Assembly (NCBI RefSeq): GCF_006345805.1
Contig: NC_043000.1
Coordinates: 32,364,001 to 32,428,000 of the forward strand
From: Octopus sinensis
Taxonomy: Eukaryota
DNA length: 64,000 nt
Reading direction: 5' to 3'
The translations under genes were made by a program, and so were the position numbers. Shown piece by piece: positions 34,320 to 47,469 of the stretch. Position 1 is the first letter of the stretch, and every line of letters begins with the position of its first letter. The notes beneath the pieces are model-generated. The model was not told the origin of the DNA. It ran no database searches and saw nothing but the letters and a program-made list of their open reading frames with translations.

Positions 34320-36775
34320 TTGAGTCCACATCCTTACAGCAGCCACAATGAAAAATATGTCTGGAGAGACTGTTGAAATGCTAGAGTGGCTATGTATGAT
34401 GTGTACAAGAGGTAAGATGGAAGAGAGCCTCTTCCTGATGTTGCACAGACAAGAAACAAAGGTATAATTTGTTCTGGGTAGGCAGTAGTGAAGTTGTAGG
34501 TGGGGTAAAAATATCACTTGGGAAATAGGTAGATAAAGCAATTGAGGTAGTCAATGTAATGGAATAATAAAGCTTAGACTAATCTTAGTTAATGTAACTG
34601 TGACATCTCTGCATATGTTCCACAATCTGGAATGACAAATGAACAAAAGACTGACTATTATCTTGATCACAAATGGCAATGGCCTTATCATCATAGCTGG
34701 ACAACACTCTCACAGAGTCCATAGCACGTATGGCGGCTTGGGCTCAAGATAAAAAGAGACAAGGCTGCAGGAGTTCTGTGAGGATAATGACTTGATATTC
34801 TGCAACACAAACTTTAGAAAAGCAGCCAGCCACCTGATCACTTATCAGCCTGGGGAACACACAAGCCAGACTTCATTCTCTGTAGGAAATGGGATGAACA
34901 AACAGCTGTTCTTGGTTGGTAGAGAATGTCCAAGCCAACGTCAGTTACTAATGAATTCAGATTTGAAGCTAGGTGGACTCAAAAGTAGAAATCATTTTGG
35001 AAAAGGAGGATATGGAAGCTTAAAGATCTGGCAAGCAGTTGGAAATTTAGAGAAGTATTTAACAAAAAGAAAGAGAAAGATGAGGTAGAAACTTACAGCG
35101 TAGAGGACAGTTGGAAGTTGCAATAGGACAACCTGCTGTGGATTAGAGACCAAATCTGTGGTTGGTGCAAGCTTCCAGATAGATTGAAGACAACATGGTG
35201 GTGGAACAATTAGGTGGAGAGAACCATAAAAGCAAAGAGATAAGCTTACAAAGACTGCAAGAATGTGGGTCTATAGAGAATACTACTAGGAAACAACAAT
35301 AGAAGTTGGGTGACAGGTTTACTTGGCAGAGGGGAAAAAGAAAGAAAGCAAGAGTTGTCATTGACCTGCTGTATGAGAACCAATGGTGTGGTTCCAGTCT
35401 GCAAGGCTTCATCAGAGAAAATCAAAATATTGTGAGTGAAAAATGTGTGCAGATGGATAATGGGAGATTTGCACCGAATGAGTCTGAAAAGAAAGATTTA
35501 TGGGAGGCTATTAAACATGGAGAATGTGTAAGGAGAAGGAGAGTGTTTCCAATATGGACCCAAAAGAATCACCATTGAAATGCTTAAAATATCTGGCGGA
35601 GTAGGACATGGTCTAGTTACTCATAGTTAATCAGGTTGCACAGAGATTGGCATGGCAGCATTATTGTCAACAGTTACAAAGAGTAAAGGAGATGCCTCAG
35701 AGAAGTAATGACACAGGCATCAAATTGTAGGGTCAGATCATGAAACTTATAGAAATAGTTAAGGTTTGATTGATGAAGGAAAGAGCTGGCCAAAATCAGA
35801 TGCAGTTTGGGTCTGTACGGATAGAAGTAGCACTGATGCTGTTGGTCAGCTGCTGGAAAAGTATTTAGCTAAGAGTAAATCATTGTACTTAGCAGTGATC
35901 AACCTGGAGAAAACTTTGACAGAGACCCCATCACCCTCTATGATCTGGTTGCCTCTGGGGAAACTAGGAGTAGACAAGTGGTTTGTGAGAGCCATACAAG
36001 CCATGTACAGTGCAGTGGGTTGCTGTCAATAGGGTGAGAGTTAGTAATGAGTACATTGATGAATTTAGCGAGCAGTTAGGGATCCCCCAGATCTCAGGGC
36101 TCAGTTTCCTTCTATTTATTATAATCTTTCAAACCATAAATTAGTTGTCTATGACAACTAATTTATGTTGATGATCTCATCCTTACAGCTGGATGTGTAG
36201 TAAGACTGGAAAAGAAATTCCAGATGAAGGAAAATTGAAAATCATAGAGTTTTAACTTAAGTCAATAAGAAAACAGTCAGGGGCCCTAACCCTACCATCA
36301 GAGAAACAACCTTGCTTAATACGTAGAAAAGGTGCAGGTAGGAGTCCCATATGGTGTACTTAGTGCAAACTATGGACACAAAAGAGTGGTAGTGAAATGA
36401 AAGGCAGGTGAAAAGAGAAAGTAGACTTTGTATGTGTCAGAAGTAATAAATATTCAGAGTTGATGTGAAGTAGATGCCTCCAATTAACCAGAAGGAAGCT
36501 TAGAGGTAGTAAACACTTTCTATTTCTTAGGGGACCAAATTAGCTGTGGTGCAGGAAGTTCTCAAAAGTATAACAGACAATAAGAACAGGCTGGAGAAAG
36601 TTCAGGATGCTTCTTCCTCCATTGATAACAAAAGGTTTTTCTCTCAGAGCAAAAGGCAGATTGTACAACGCCAGTGTATGAAGTGCTCTGCTACATGGTA
36701 GTGAGATGTGGTTGCTGAATAGAGAGGAACTGCTAAGATAGAAAGGAACGAAGCAAGCATGCTTCACTGGATGGG
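34320..36775 (+). pseudogene. Old, heavily decayed RTE LINE
   Basis: Recognisable remnants: CVQEVRW-like segment, [47 protein letters not shown]. Confidence 0.85.
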
Positions 36776-36777
36776 CA

Positions 36778-36925
36778 ACCATCATCATCATCATCATTTA
36801 ACGTCCGCTTTCCATGCTAGCATGGGTTGGATGATTTGACTGAGGTCTGGCGAACCAGACTCCAATCTGATCTGGCAGAGTTTCTACAGCTGGATGCCCT
36901 TCCTAATGCCAACCACTCTAAGAGT
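36778..36925 (-). mobile_element. RTE tail fragment
   Basis: Standard terminus, nearly identical to 19883-20030. Confidence 0.85.
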
Positions 36926-38264
36926 GTGCATAAATAACAAAGTATGAATATGTTGAGGGACAAACTAAGCAAAATAGGAATCAGTAGGGTGCCAGAGTGA
37001 AGGTTGTGTTGGTTTGCCGCTCTAGCATCACAGATGAGCAGATCTTCATGAGCTGCTCATCTGTGATGCTAGAACAGCATGACTGGAATTCTGGAATTAT
37101 AATGTTTTTGTACACAAGTGAGGTTGTGGAAACATGTATGGACCCAGTGTGCACAACTCAGTCCTACACACTGCACTCCTTTCATGTTCCTCTTCTCCCT
37201 TTCCATCCACACAACTGGATCTCTCCCTGAAACCTCCATTGACATCTATTCTGCATTTTTAACATCATCATTCCCCACCCATATTTACCCTCATTTTTAC
37301 TATTCATCCACTCCCACCCTTTTCTATTCATCTTTCAATCTTCCCCAATATTCTCACAACTGTCACCCCCCACACACACATCTATTCCTCTCTCTATCAC
37401 TCAATTGCCCCATCATTTTCTCACCTATTTTATTACTCTGCTGCTGTAGATAATGAAGTTATAACCTGTTTCTACAAACCATTTCATATCACCATTTGTG
37501 TACTGCCAGTCACCACTCACTCTCCCCTCAGTTACTCCCAACTGATATCTGTTCAGCATTCTTACTGTAACCTCCATCCTTACTTATCATTGATCACCCT
37601 TCTCCTCATTAACCATTCACTAAATTCACCCCCACCCCGTTCACATTTCACCACCTCCACTTCACATACCCTTCTCTCATTCTCCTTCCATACTTTTGCA
37701 GCCTTACCCATTCCTTCTGATTCTAATGTTTCCATACTTTGTTCCTTTCACCTTGTCCTGAGGGGTATGCTGTGGCACTTCATTATTGTGCCACTTCAGT
37801 CAAACCCTGCCAACAATGTCCAACACAAGGAAGTCATGAACCTCCTCCACAACAAACCTGTCCCCACTCCTCCCATCATAAAGTGTTCCCTCTATCTCAT
37901 AGTCTCCCCCACCCCAGGCAAAAGGGTTTCTTATCTTTGCAAGTTACAGGGTAACCTCACCAGTGCTGGTACCACAGAAGAGGCACCCAGTACACTCTGT
38001 AAAGGACTCGCTATTAGGAAGGGCATCCAACAATAGAACCCAAGCTAAAACTGAAACAACAGAGCAAGATGTGGTCCTCCAATGCTGGAGGACATAGCAG
38101 CACGGAAACTGCTGAATGATGATGATGATGGTGGTGTTGGTGGTGGTGGTGGTGATGATGATGATGATGAAAGTTGTTTGAGAAGAAGAGGATAGGATAG
38201 TGATGACACAATGGTTATATTGCAGACGTACATCTTCTGACATAGTGTTGCTTTTATTTTTAGA

Positions 38265-39030
38265 TTTTACTCTTTTACTTGTTTCAACCATTTCACTGCG
38301 GCCATGCTAGAGCACCGCCTTTTAGTCAAGCAAATCGACCCCAGGACTTATTCTTTGTAAGCCTAGTACTTATTCTTTTGGTCCCTTTCGCCGAACCGCT
38401 AAGTTACAGGACGTAAACAAACCAGCATCGGTTGTCAAGCGATGTTGAGGGGACAAACACAGACACACAAACATATACACACACATACACATCATCATCA
38501 TCATCATTTAACGTCCGCTTTCCATGCTGGCATAGGTTGGACGGTTTGACTGGGGTCTGGGAAGCCTGGAGGCTGCACCAGGCACAGTCTGATCTGGCAT
38601 TGTTTCTACAGCTGGATGCCCTTCCTAACACCAACCACTCAAGAGTGTAGTGGGTGCATTTTACGTGCCACCAGTACGGTGCCAGGTGAGGCTGGCAACA
38701 GCCACGATCGGTTAGTGCTTTTTACATGTTACCGGCACGGAGGCCAGTCGGGGCGGCGCTGGTAACGGCCATGTTCGGATGGTTCTTTTACGTGCCACTG
38801 GCACTGGTATCACAACTACAATTTCCATTGATTTTTGAGCGATTTCGATTTCGATTCCGGTTTATATATACATATATACGACGGGCTTCTTTCAGTTTCC
38901 ATCTACCAAATCCACTCACAAGGCTTCGGTCGGCCCGAAGCTATAGTAGAAGACACTTGTCCAAGGTGCCACGCAGTGGGACTGAACCCAGAACCATGTG
39001 GTTGGTAAGCAAGCTACTTACCACACAGCC
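38265..39030 (-). mobile_element. Full-length family A SINE interrupted by an RTE tail (38491-38862) inside its internal microsatellite
   Basis: SINE halves 38265-38490 and 38863-39030 are contiguous in the copy at 2338-2580. Confidence 0.85.
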
Positions 39031-39139
39031 ACAGGAAAATTTGAAAGTTTGTTTGTTACAGAGTAAGTTGGTGTATGTGAATACATTGTTGCCATGGAAA
39101 TGCTTTGTGTTCATAGAGTTAAGACATAACAGTTTTATC

Positions 39140-40010
39140 CAGGCAACCAAGTTAGCAGTGGAGGAGAGGAGAAAATGTTCTGAAAGAATGGTTGCTAGAA
39201 TAAGAATGGGCTGGGCAAAGTTCAGAGAGCTTCTACCTTTGTTGGTGACTAAGGGCCTCTCCCTCAGAGTGAAAGGCAGACTGTAAGATGTCTGTGTGTA
39301 TGTACAGCTATGTTACATGGCAGTGAAACATGGGCTTTGACTACAGGAGGACATGGGAAGGCTTGAAAGAAATGAAAGTAGCATGCTCTGCTGGGATGGG
39401 TAATGTCAGTGTGTGTGTGCATGACAGAGTGTGAATGATTTTCAGAGGAAAACTGGGTGTAAGAGGTATCAGATGTTGTGTGCAAGAGAGAAGATTGCAA
39501 TGGTTTGGTCATGTGATGCGTATGGATGAGGATAGCTGCATAAAGAAGTGCTGAGCTCTAATTGTGGAAGGGGTATACCCAGGAAGGGATGGGACAGAGT
39601 GGTGAAAAGGATCTTCATATGCTGGGCCTCACTGACAAGGGGCCAGGAGATGTGGTGATTTGCTGTACTTGATAGGATGTGTCAGGCTAAATAAAATCCC
39701 TGTCTTCCGCACATACAGGCTGGGCCTTTCAGGTGCCAGTGCCCCATGAAAAGCACCCATGCCAGTGTCACATGACATGCACTCATGCTGGTGCAGCATA
39801 AATGCCCCAGTGCCAGTGGCACATAAGAAGCACCCAGCACACTCTGTTAAGTGGTTGGTGTTAGGAAGGGCATCCAGCTGTAGAAACCATGCCGCAACAA
39901 ACAAGTGGAGTCTGAACATCTCCCTGGCTGACCAACTTCTGTCCAATCATCCAACCCATACCAGCATGGAAAACAGACAGTAAACAATGATGATAATGAT
40001 GATGATGATG
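39140..40010 (+). mobile_element. RTE 3' fragment (ORF C-terminus and tail)
   Basis: [30 protein letters not shown] followed by 3' UTR and (GAT)n. Confidence 0.85.
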
Positions 40011-40164
40011 AACTATATTAGTTAAAAAATTATTGTTTTTAGATAAACCTATTTACACATATAACACTCACACACACACACACACACACACACAATCTTT
40101 TGTCCTGTGCTATCCTTAATGTTTTTCTTAAGCGAAGCCTTTGTGATTAATACACAAATCATTA

Positions 40165-40197
<33 letters not shown>

Positions 40198-40967
40198 CAT
40201 CATTATTATTATTATTTGATGAAAACTCTCAGCTTATTTTGCTGGGTATGATGGGAAGTGTCAACTGTCCAAGGCCAGCAGACTAAGGTGACACTTGTTT
40301 ACTGACCATGCTCCAAAAACCCTGCGGAGAACTATTTTGTACTTGGACTTTTTCAAACGGACAAAACACTTTGTAACTTTCGTCCTGTGTTTTGTCCCTT
40401 TATGTTATAATTGATTTTTGTTAGCCCTTGTGGCCAATAAACAAACAAATTATTATTATGTAAGACACCCCACATTGTCCAATATTGCAATGTAGCTTGA
40501 AGATATTGTGTCTGCCGGGGGTTTCTGCTGTCTGTCAAGTCACAACAAGGGCCTCAGACAGACACTACTTTACACAATATGCATGCAGTTCCAAGCAAAG
40601 CCAACTTTAGCAATGCACCAAGATTGCTGAGTATTTCTAAAGAGTTCAGATGTTTCTTCAGGTTGGGTGGTATTGAACCCAATGCTTCAATGACAACAAC
40701 AAGTCTTATATTTGACTCTTGTGGCTGCCACATCATGGTGATCTCCATATTTATCAACTTTTCTTCTTTCTTTTATGATGATGTGTTAATCTCCTGGCAC
40801 TGCCACATCAATTATTAGGCACTCTTGTTTGCACCGTCTAAAGGTTACTACATCCAGTCTTCAGTGCTCTAACACTTTGTCTCTCTGAAAGTCAAAGCCC
40901 CAGAAGATTTTTGCCTTCCCCTTTTCGTCCATTACCTTTTCCAGTGTATGTTGGTACCAAGCACCCA

Positions 40968-41205
40968 TTACCTATTTCTTTACTACCCACAAGGGGCTAA
41001 ACAGAGAGAGGACAAACAAGGACAGACAAACGGATTAAGTCGATTATATCGCCCCCAGTGTGTAACTGGTACTTAATTTATCGCCCCCGAAAGGATGAAA
41101 GGCAAAGTCAACCTCGGTGGAATTTGAACTCAGAACGTAACGGCAGATGAAATACAGCTACGCATTTCACCTGGTGTGCTAATGTTTCTGCCAGCTCATT
41201 GCCAA
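40968..41205 (-). mobile_element. SINE family C inserted in the Dong remnant
   Basis: Reverse complement of the 61018-61233 copy. Confidence 0.85.
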
Positions 41206-41589
41206 GCACCCATTACCTCGTATCCATACTTCTGGCATTGCAGCCAGTGAAGGTTCTGTGCTACCTTGTTGTGTTTGTGCTTGTACTCTTTCTGTGCAAG
41301 ACATTCACAAGCACTAACAATGGGAGTCATGCTTTCAGCCCTCTTCCAACATATTCTGCAGAGTTTTCACTGAGTTGATATTCAATACCTGATCCTGGGC
41401 AGTGATGACTACGCTTTCAGTATTCTTTTTTAGGTCACCCATGCTGACCCACCTCCATGATGCTTCCTGATCTTTTAAGTTGTTAGTTTCATGGTGGAAC
41501 TGACCATGTAATTCCATGTGGAGCAGGGTTTCTTCTCTTTCATTGGCTGTTTGTGATCAGAATTCATGAGACTCTCAACTTTCGTTCAT

Positions 41590-41802
41590 TCATCGTTTAA
41601 CGTCCACTTTCCATGCTAGCATGGGTTGGATGGTTTGACTGAGGGCTAGCGAACCAGATGGCTGCACCAGGCTCCAATCTTGATTTGGCAGAGTTTCTAC
41701 AGCTGGATGCCCTTCCTAAAGCCAACCACTCCGAGAATGTAGTGGGTGCTTTTTACATGCCACCGGCACGGGGGCCAGTCAGGTGGTACTGGCAATGACC
41801 TC
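41590..41802 (-). mobile_element. RTE tail inserted in the Dong remnant
   Basis: Standard terminus. Confidence 0.85.
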
Positions 41803-42392
41803 GTTGGTAAATTTAGCATACTCTAGCAGGTCTTGTTTGCTGTTTACCAAATATTCTGCCATGTTTCTTCTTTCACTGTTTATGTTTTGCTGTACCCTAA
41901 TCAGCCCATATCCACCTTTACACCTCTTCATGTAGAGCCTGTGTATGTTTGCCTTATGGCAGAAGGCACCATGGCTTGTCATTGTCTTTCAAGTAGTACA
42001 ATCAAGGTTAATCTCCACTCGTGTTCATTTCAATGGGTGCACCACAGCAGACAACAGCAACAACCCATATGTTGATGGCAGTTACAAGGTTCCTGGAGTT
42101 GAGTTTTGACTTTGAGAGAAAATTGAGGCACTTCAAATATGCAGTGGTGACACTGTCTTTCCTTTCTCAGGATCTCAAGGTTGTTGTACTCACCATCATC
42201 CATAGTCTTCCGTTCACTCTCCATTTGGTAGTTCTATGCCCCTACAATCTGCTCTTTTCTCCCGCTTCAAAGTGAGTACTGCACACTTCGAGATACCGAA
42301 TTCCATCCCTATATCCTTGCTGCACATCTGCACAGTCTCTGCTTTTGTGAACAGTTTTAAATCACCCATGAAGAGTAAGTGGTTGAGATGAG

Positions 42393-42851
42393 GTCCAAGC
42401 ACATGAATCACAATCATATGTGCATAACATGGTGATCTCATATCAAGATAGACAGTGCATGACCTTGCAGGTGGGACCGTGTTAGAATTTTCTTCAGTTT
42501 GAGTAGCCCATTCTGCTCAAAAGGTCCCTGAATAAGGTTTGCTTAAGGATGGTGAACGAAACACTGATGTTTCCAGGTGTCAATTATTTAAACCTCAAAG
42601 AATTCTTCTGAACACATGGCTATGATGCTCCCCGACTATTCTGCTCATGATCAGAGATGCACATATAATCAGCCGCTAAGGGACATGTTCAACTGGTTAA
42701 GGCCAAACAACTGACAAGCAAATCTGCAGTATTGAGCAGAATATTTGCTGTAGCCCATTTTTTATGCCAAGACAAAACAATGTACAATATCACTTTCAAT
42801 CAGTTACGGTCAGAAACCAATGGAGCCACTACCTGGTACTGCGTCAGGGCA
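42393..42851. mobile_element. Partial copy of the ~560-bp (TTA)n-flanked non-coding element
   Basis: Collinear with 43595-44052; fused to the Dong RT remnant. Confidence 0.85.
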
Positions 42852-43019
42852 TTTATTATTATTATTATTATTATTATCATTATTATTATTATTATTATTA
42901 TCATTATTTCCATTTCACTACTCAGAGCTCTTGATTTTAATTGCTCTGGTTAATTCTATCAAAGCAGACATCAACTTTTTGTCAAAGATCTCACAGGGTC
43001 TCTTCCCACGGTACTTAAC

Positions 43020-43435
43020 ACCCAAGTAGCAATCTCAAAATCCTTTCTGAACCCAATTAAGCAGTTTTTTTTTTCAATCCCAATTGTCACCCACAATTTT
43101 CTCAAACCTGGTTGTTAATGTTCTCAGTGTTCCTACAATGACTGGCATTCACAGTTACCCTCTTCATTGCTCATATTCGTGTAACTTCATCTTTTCGTAG
43201 ATTCTACTTTCCAATATTTTTGAACTCTTCGTCACCTACTCTTGCATCCCTATGTATGCCAATATCTATGATTTGGCTTCGTTCATCATTTTATCCAATA
43301 CAACAATGTCTGGTCTCTGAGCATCAAGCACTGAGTATCACAAGATCTTATACTCATTATTCTTGAGGACACTTCTCATTTTATGTCCCTGCCTTTCATC
43401 TTTTCAAAGTTGATAAAATAACCCCTGACTCACCA
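43020..43435 (-). pseudogene. Second R4/Dong-type fragment (REL endonuclease domain)
   Basis: Minus strand encodes RPDIVVLDK...QIIDIGI and LGSERILR-like remnants across frameshifts. Confidence 0.75.
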
Positions 43436-43496
43436 CAAAACTGCTGGCCTTTGGCTTAAACTAAAAACTATTATTATTATTATTATTATTATCATT

Positions 43497-44050
43497 GAGT
43501 GAGAGAGCAGTTCATGCCATCAAAGTGACACTGGGATAAAATATACGAAGCCCAATATACCCATCATGACTACCCGTCTGATAAGGGTACACCAGGCACA
43601 TGCATCACAACCATATGTGCACGACATGGTGATCTCATATCAAGATAAACAGCACATGACCTTGCAGGAGGGGGCCCAGTTAGAATTTTCTTCAGGTTGA
43701 GTAGCCCATCCCGCTCAAAAGGTCCCTGAATAAGGGATGTTTAAGGATGTTGAAAGAACCACCCATGTTTCCAGAGGTGAATTATTCAAACCCCAAAGAA
43801 TCCCTCTCAACACATGGCTATGATGCTCCCCCACTACTTCTGCTCGTGATCAGAGATGCACATATCGTCAGCCACTAAGGGACATGCTCAACTGGTTAAG
43901 GTCAAACAACTGACAAGCAAATCTGTGATATTGAGCAGAATATTTGCTGTAGCCCATCTTTTATACCAAAACAAAACAATGTACATGATAACACTTCCAG
44001 TCAGTTAAGATCAGAAGCCCTGAGAGCCACTGCCTGGTACTGCATCAGGG

Positions 44051-44052
<2 letters not shown>
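43497..44052. mobile_element. ~560-bp non-coding interspersed element bounded by (TTA)n on both sides
   Basis: Three related copies in the window (42393-42851, 43497-44052, 58410-58650); no ORF, no obvious tRNA head. Confidence 0.8.
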
Positions 44053-44098
<46 letters not shown>

Positions 44099-44283
44099 TA
44101 TTATTATTCCATCTTGTCAGTTATCACGAATACTTAAGACAAAAGATTCCATCATAAATCCACTGAGGTCTGTTTAAACAGCCAGCTGTCATTAGAGCAG
44201 GTTGATTGGCATAAATATAATAGACTGCCGGGAGACATAACAAAAACATAAATTTTCTAGTTTGTTGTCCTACTTTCAGATCC

Positions 44284-44332
<49 letters not shown>

Positions 44333-44947
44333 AATCAACTTTGAGGAAAGAAAACATGCAATATGCATTCTTATTAACCAGTCTTAACTGGTATTACACA
44401 CACAAACGCATCTTCACACACACGTGCATACGCACATCATTACTAGATGCCAATACAGTTGTAGGTTATGAGTAAAAGCATGTGAAATTACATCCCCATA
44501 AGAAAATTTTCAGCAATTTGGAATGAAGTTAGAACTCATTGATTCGGTTCTTGAATAAATCATCAAGGTATAGCTTCTTAAATATTTACCTGGGATTATA
44601 TTTAAGGGGATATACTTTCATGGAAATACAGACTAACCTCCATACCCTCTGGAACAAGATGATCTGTGAACTTTATTCTGCAGTCTTTATTCTTCTATCT
44701 ATTCTTTTATTCTTCTATGTACCATGAATTCTCTGTCTGGAACTTTCCTGCATAAACACCTTGCCTCTGATGATGGAATACCCAGTGTATGGGGATAGTG
44801 ACCCCTCACCTGGGATATCCCAGAAGCAACTGTAAGACATTAATTACTTCTACTTCTCCTTTTTTGATGCACCTTACTCTAATTAAGTATTCTAAGTGCC
44901 CTGAGATGCTCATCCTGCCTTGGCTTTGTTTTTTTCCTTTTCCTTTA

Positions 44948-45760
44948 ATCATCATCATCATCATCGTTTAACGTCCGTTCTCCATGCTAGCATGGGTTGG
45001 ACGGTTCGACCGGGGATCTGGGAAGCCAGAAGGCTGCACCAGGCTCCAGTCTAATCTGGCAATGTTTCTACAGCTGGATGCCCTTCCTAACGCCAACCAC
45101 TCCGTGAGTGTAGTGGGTGCTTTTTACGTGCCACCTGCACAGGTGCCAGGCGAGGCTGGCAACGGCCACGGTCGGATTGGTGTATTTTATGTGCCATCGG
45201 CACGGAAGCCAGTCGAGGCGGTGCTGGCATCGGCCACGAGTCGGATAGTGCTTTTTACGTACCACCAGACCAGGGATCCTGGCTGGTTCAATTCGGTTTC
45301 GATTTCGATTTCGCTTGCCCCAACATGTCTTCGCAAGTAGAGGGGGTTGGCATGGGTGCCTGTCGTCGGATGAGGTTCTATATCGACTTCGCTTGCCTCA
45401 ACAGGTCTTTGTGTCCAAGGGAGGAAAGGCATTCATAAGTGGGCTGGGCTCACTTGTCCTGCCTGGTCTTCTCACGTACAGAATATTTCCAAAGGTCTCG
45501 GTCGCTGGTCATTTCCTCAGTGAGGCCTAAAGTTCGAAGGTCGTGCTTCACCACCTCGTCCCAGGTTTTCCTGGGTCTACCTCTTCCACGGGTTCCCTCA
45601 ACTGCTAGGGATTGGCACTTTCTCACACACCTATCTTCATCCATTCTCGCCACATGACCATACCAGCGCAATCGTCTCTCTTGCACACCACAACTGATGC
45701 TTCTTAGGTACAACATTTCTCTCAAGGTGCTAACGCTCTGTCGAGTATGTACACTGACAT

Positions 45761-45762
<2 letters not shown>
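44948..45762 (-). mobile_element. RTE 3' fragment, 5' end abutting (TA)n
   Basis: ORF 45450-45725 ([11 protein letters not shown]...GRGRPRKTW), 3' UTR, (CAT)n; (TA)n 45763-45807. Confidence 0.92.
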
Positions 45763-45810
<48 letters not shown>

Positions 45811-46263
45811 GTGGAACCTCAATTTACAAACATCTCTCATCACAAACAAATTGGCTTATGAACAATTTTTCAAGCATAAAAAGTAATAGGTGATGAATGG
45901 TGTCTTCAGTAACAAAGATGCAAGATAACAACAATGGTTGGCATCAAGCTAGGAATACCAGTTGCTGCTTGGGTTTCACTTGAATTCACTGTGACTTCTC
46001 TTCAATTTCCTATGGGAAAAATACTTTCAGTTTGCAGACATTTTGGGTGAAAAACGGCCTTCAGGAATGAATTAAATTCATAAACTGATATTCCACTGTT
46101 TATATTACTGTTTGTTTTTATGTTCAGTCCTAATAAAAACGATTTAATGTTAATCTGATGGGTCACTCTGTAGAGTACAAATTTATTGTTCTTATTCGAG
46201 AATGTTCTTGATAATGACTTTGAACTTTTGGGCAGCTAAACTATCATCAGACTATATATATAT

Positions 46264-47430
46264 ATCATCATCATCATCATCGTCATCGCTTAACGTCCAC
46301 TTTCCATGCTAGCATGGGTTGGACAATTCGACTGAGGACTGGCAAACCAGATGGCTGCACCAGGCTCCAATCTGATCCGGCAGAGTTTCTACAGCTGGAT
46401 GCCCTTCCTAATGCCAACCACTCCGAGAGTGTAGTGAGTGCTTTTTCGTGCCACTGGCATGAGGGACAGTCAGGCTGTATTGGCAACGGCCATGCTCAAG
46501 TGGTGTTTTTTACGTGCCACCTGCACAGGAGTCAGTCCAGCGGCACTGGCAACGACATCACTTGAATGTTTTTCACATACCACTGGCACAAGTGCCAGTG
46601 AGGTGACGCTGCTAATGATCACGTTTGAATGGTGCTTTTTATGTGCCACCGGCACGGAAGCTAGTTTGCTGCTCTGGCAGCGATCACGCTCAGATTGTGC
46701 TCTTAGTGCTCCACTGGCACAGGTACCAGTCATTGAATTTGTGAATTTGATTTGATTTCGATTTCACTTACCTCAACAGGTCTTCACAAGCAGAGTTAGT
46801 GTCCAATATAGGAAAGGTACACATAAGTGGGCCGGTTACACCCCTGGCATAGGTTACGGGTTATGGTCTCACTTGGCTTGCTGGGTCTTCTCAAGCACAG
46901 CATATTTCTAAAGGTCTCGGTCACTAGTCATTGCCTTGGTGAGGCCTAATGTTCAAAGGTCGTGCTTCACCACCGCATCCCAGGTCTTTCTGGGTCTACT
47001 TCTTCCACAGGTTCCCTCAACTGTTAAGGTGTGGCACTTTTTCACACAGCTATCCTCATCCATTCTTGCCACATGACCATACCAATGCAGTCGTCTCTCT
47101 TGCACACCACATCTGATGCTTTTTAGGTCCAACTTTTCTCTCAAGGTACTTACACTCTGTTGAGTATACACACTGACATTACACATCCAGCAGCGCATAC
47201 TGGCTTCATTCCTTGGGAGCTTAAGTTTGTCCTCAGCAGTCACAGCCCATGTTTCACTGCCATGTAGCATGGCTGTTCATACACATGTGTCGTACAGTCT
47301 ACCTTTTACTGTGAGCGAGAGGCCCTTTGTCACCAGCAGAGGTAAAAGCTTTCAGAACTTTGCCCAGGCTTTTCTTATTCTAGCAGCTACACTATCAGCA
47401 CACCTCCCCTGCTACTGACTTGGTTACCTA
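46264..47430 (-). mobile_element. RTE 3' fragment with tail
   Basis: ORF 46953-47270 (MLHGSETW...GRSRPRKTW) and full repeat-containing 3' UTR. Confidence 0.92.
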
Positions 47431-47433
47431 GGT

Positions 47434-47469
<36 letters not shown>

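Larger units (their letters stand above)
40460..42392 (-). pseudogene. R4/Dong-type non-LTR retrotransposon remnant (RT C-half to REL endonuclease end), interrupted by two insertions
   Basis: LNHLLFMGDLKLF, DIGMEFGISKCA, HGAF.HKANIHRLYM.R.KGGYGL, LHGQF..ET...SW.W...GDLKKNTES....QDQ and LKLALLGTACIL are degenerate versions of motifs typical of R4/Dong proteins. Confidence 0.85.

Noticed and set aside
44000-44052. HDV-like or hammerhead ribozyme at the end of the 560-bp element (GCCCTGA...TCAGGGC pairing)
   Set aside because: The pairing is not conserved in the 42393-42851 copy, no P3/L3/GG arrangement is present, and the core reads CTGATGC rather than CTGATGA.
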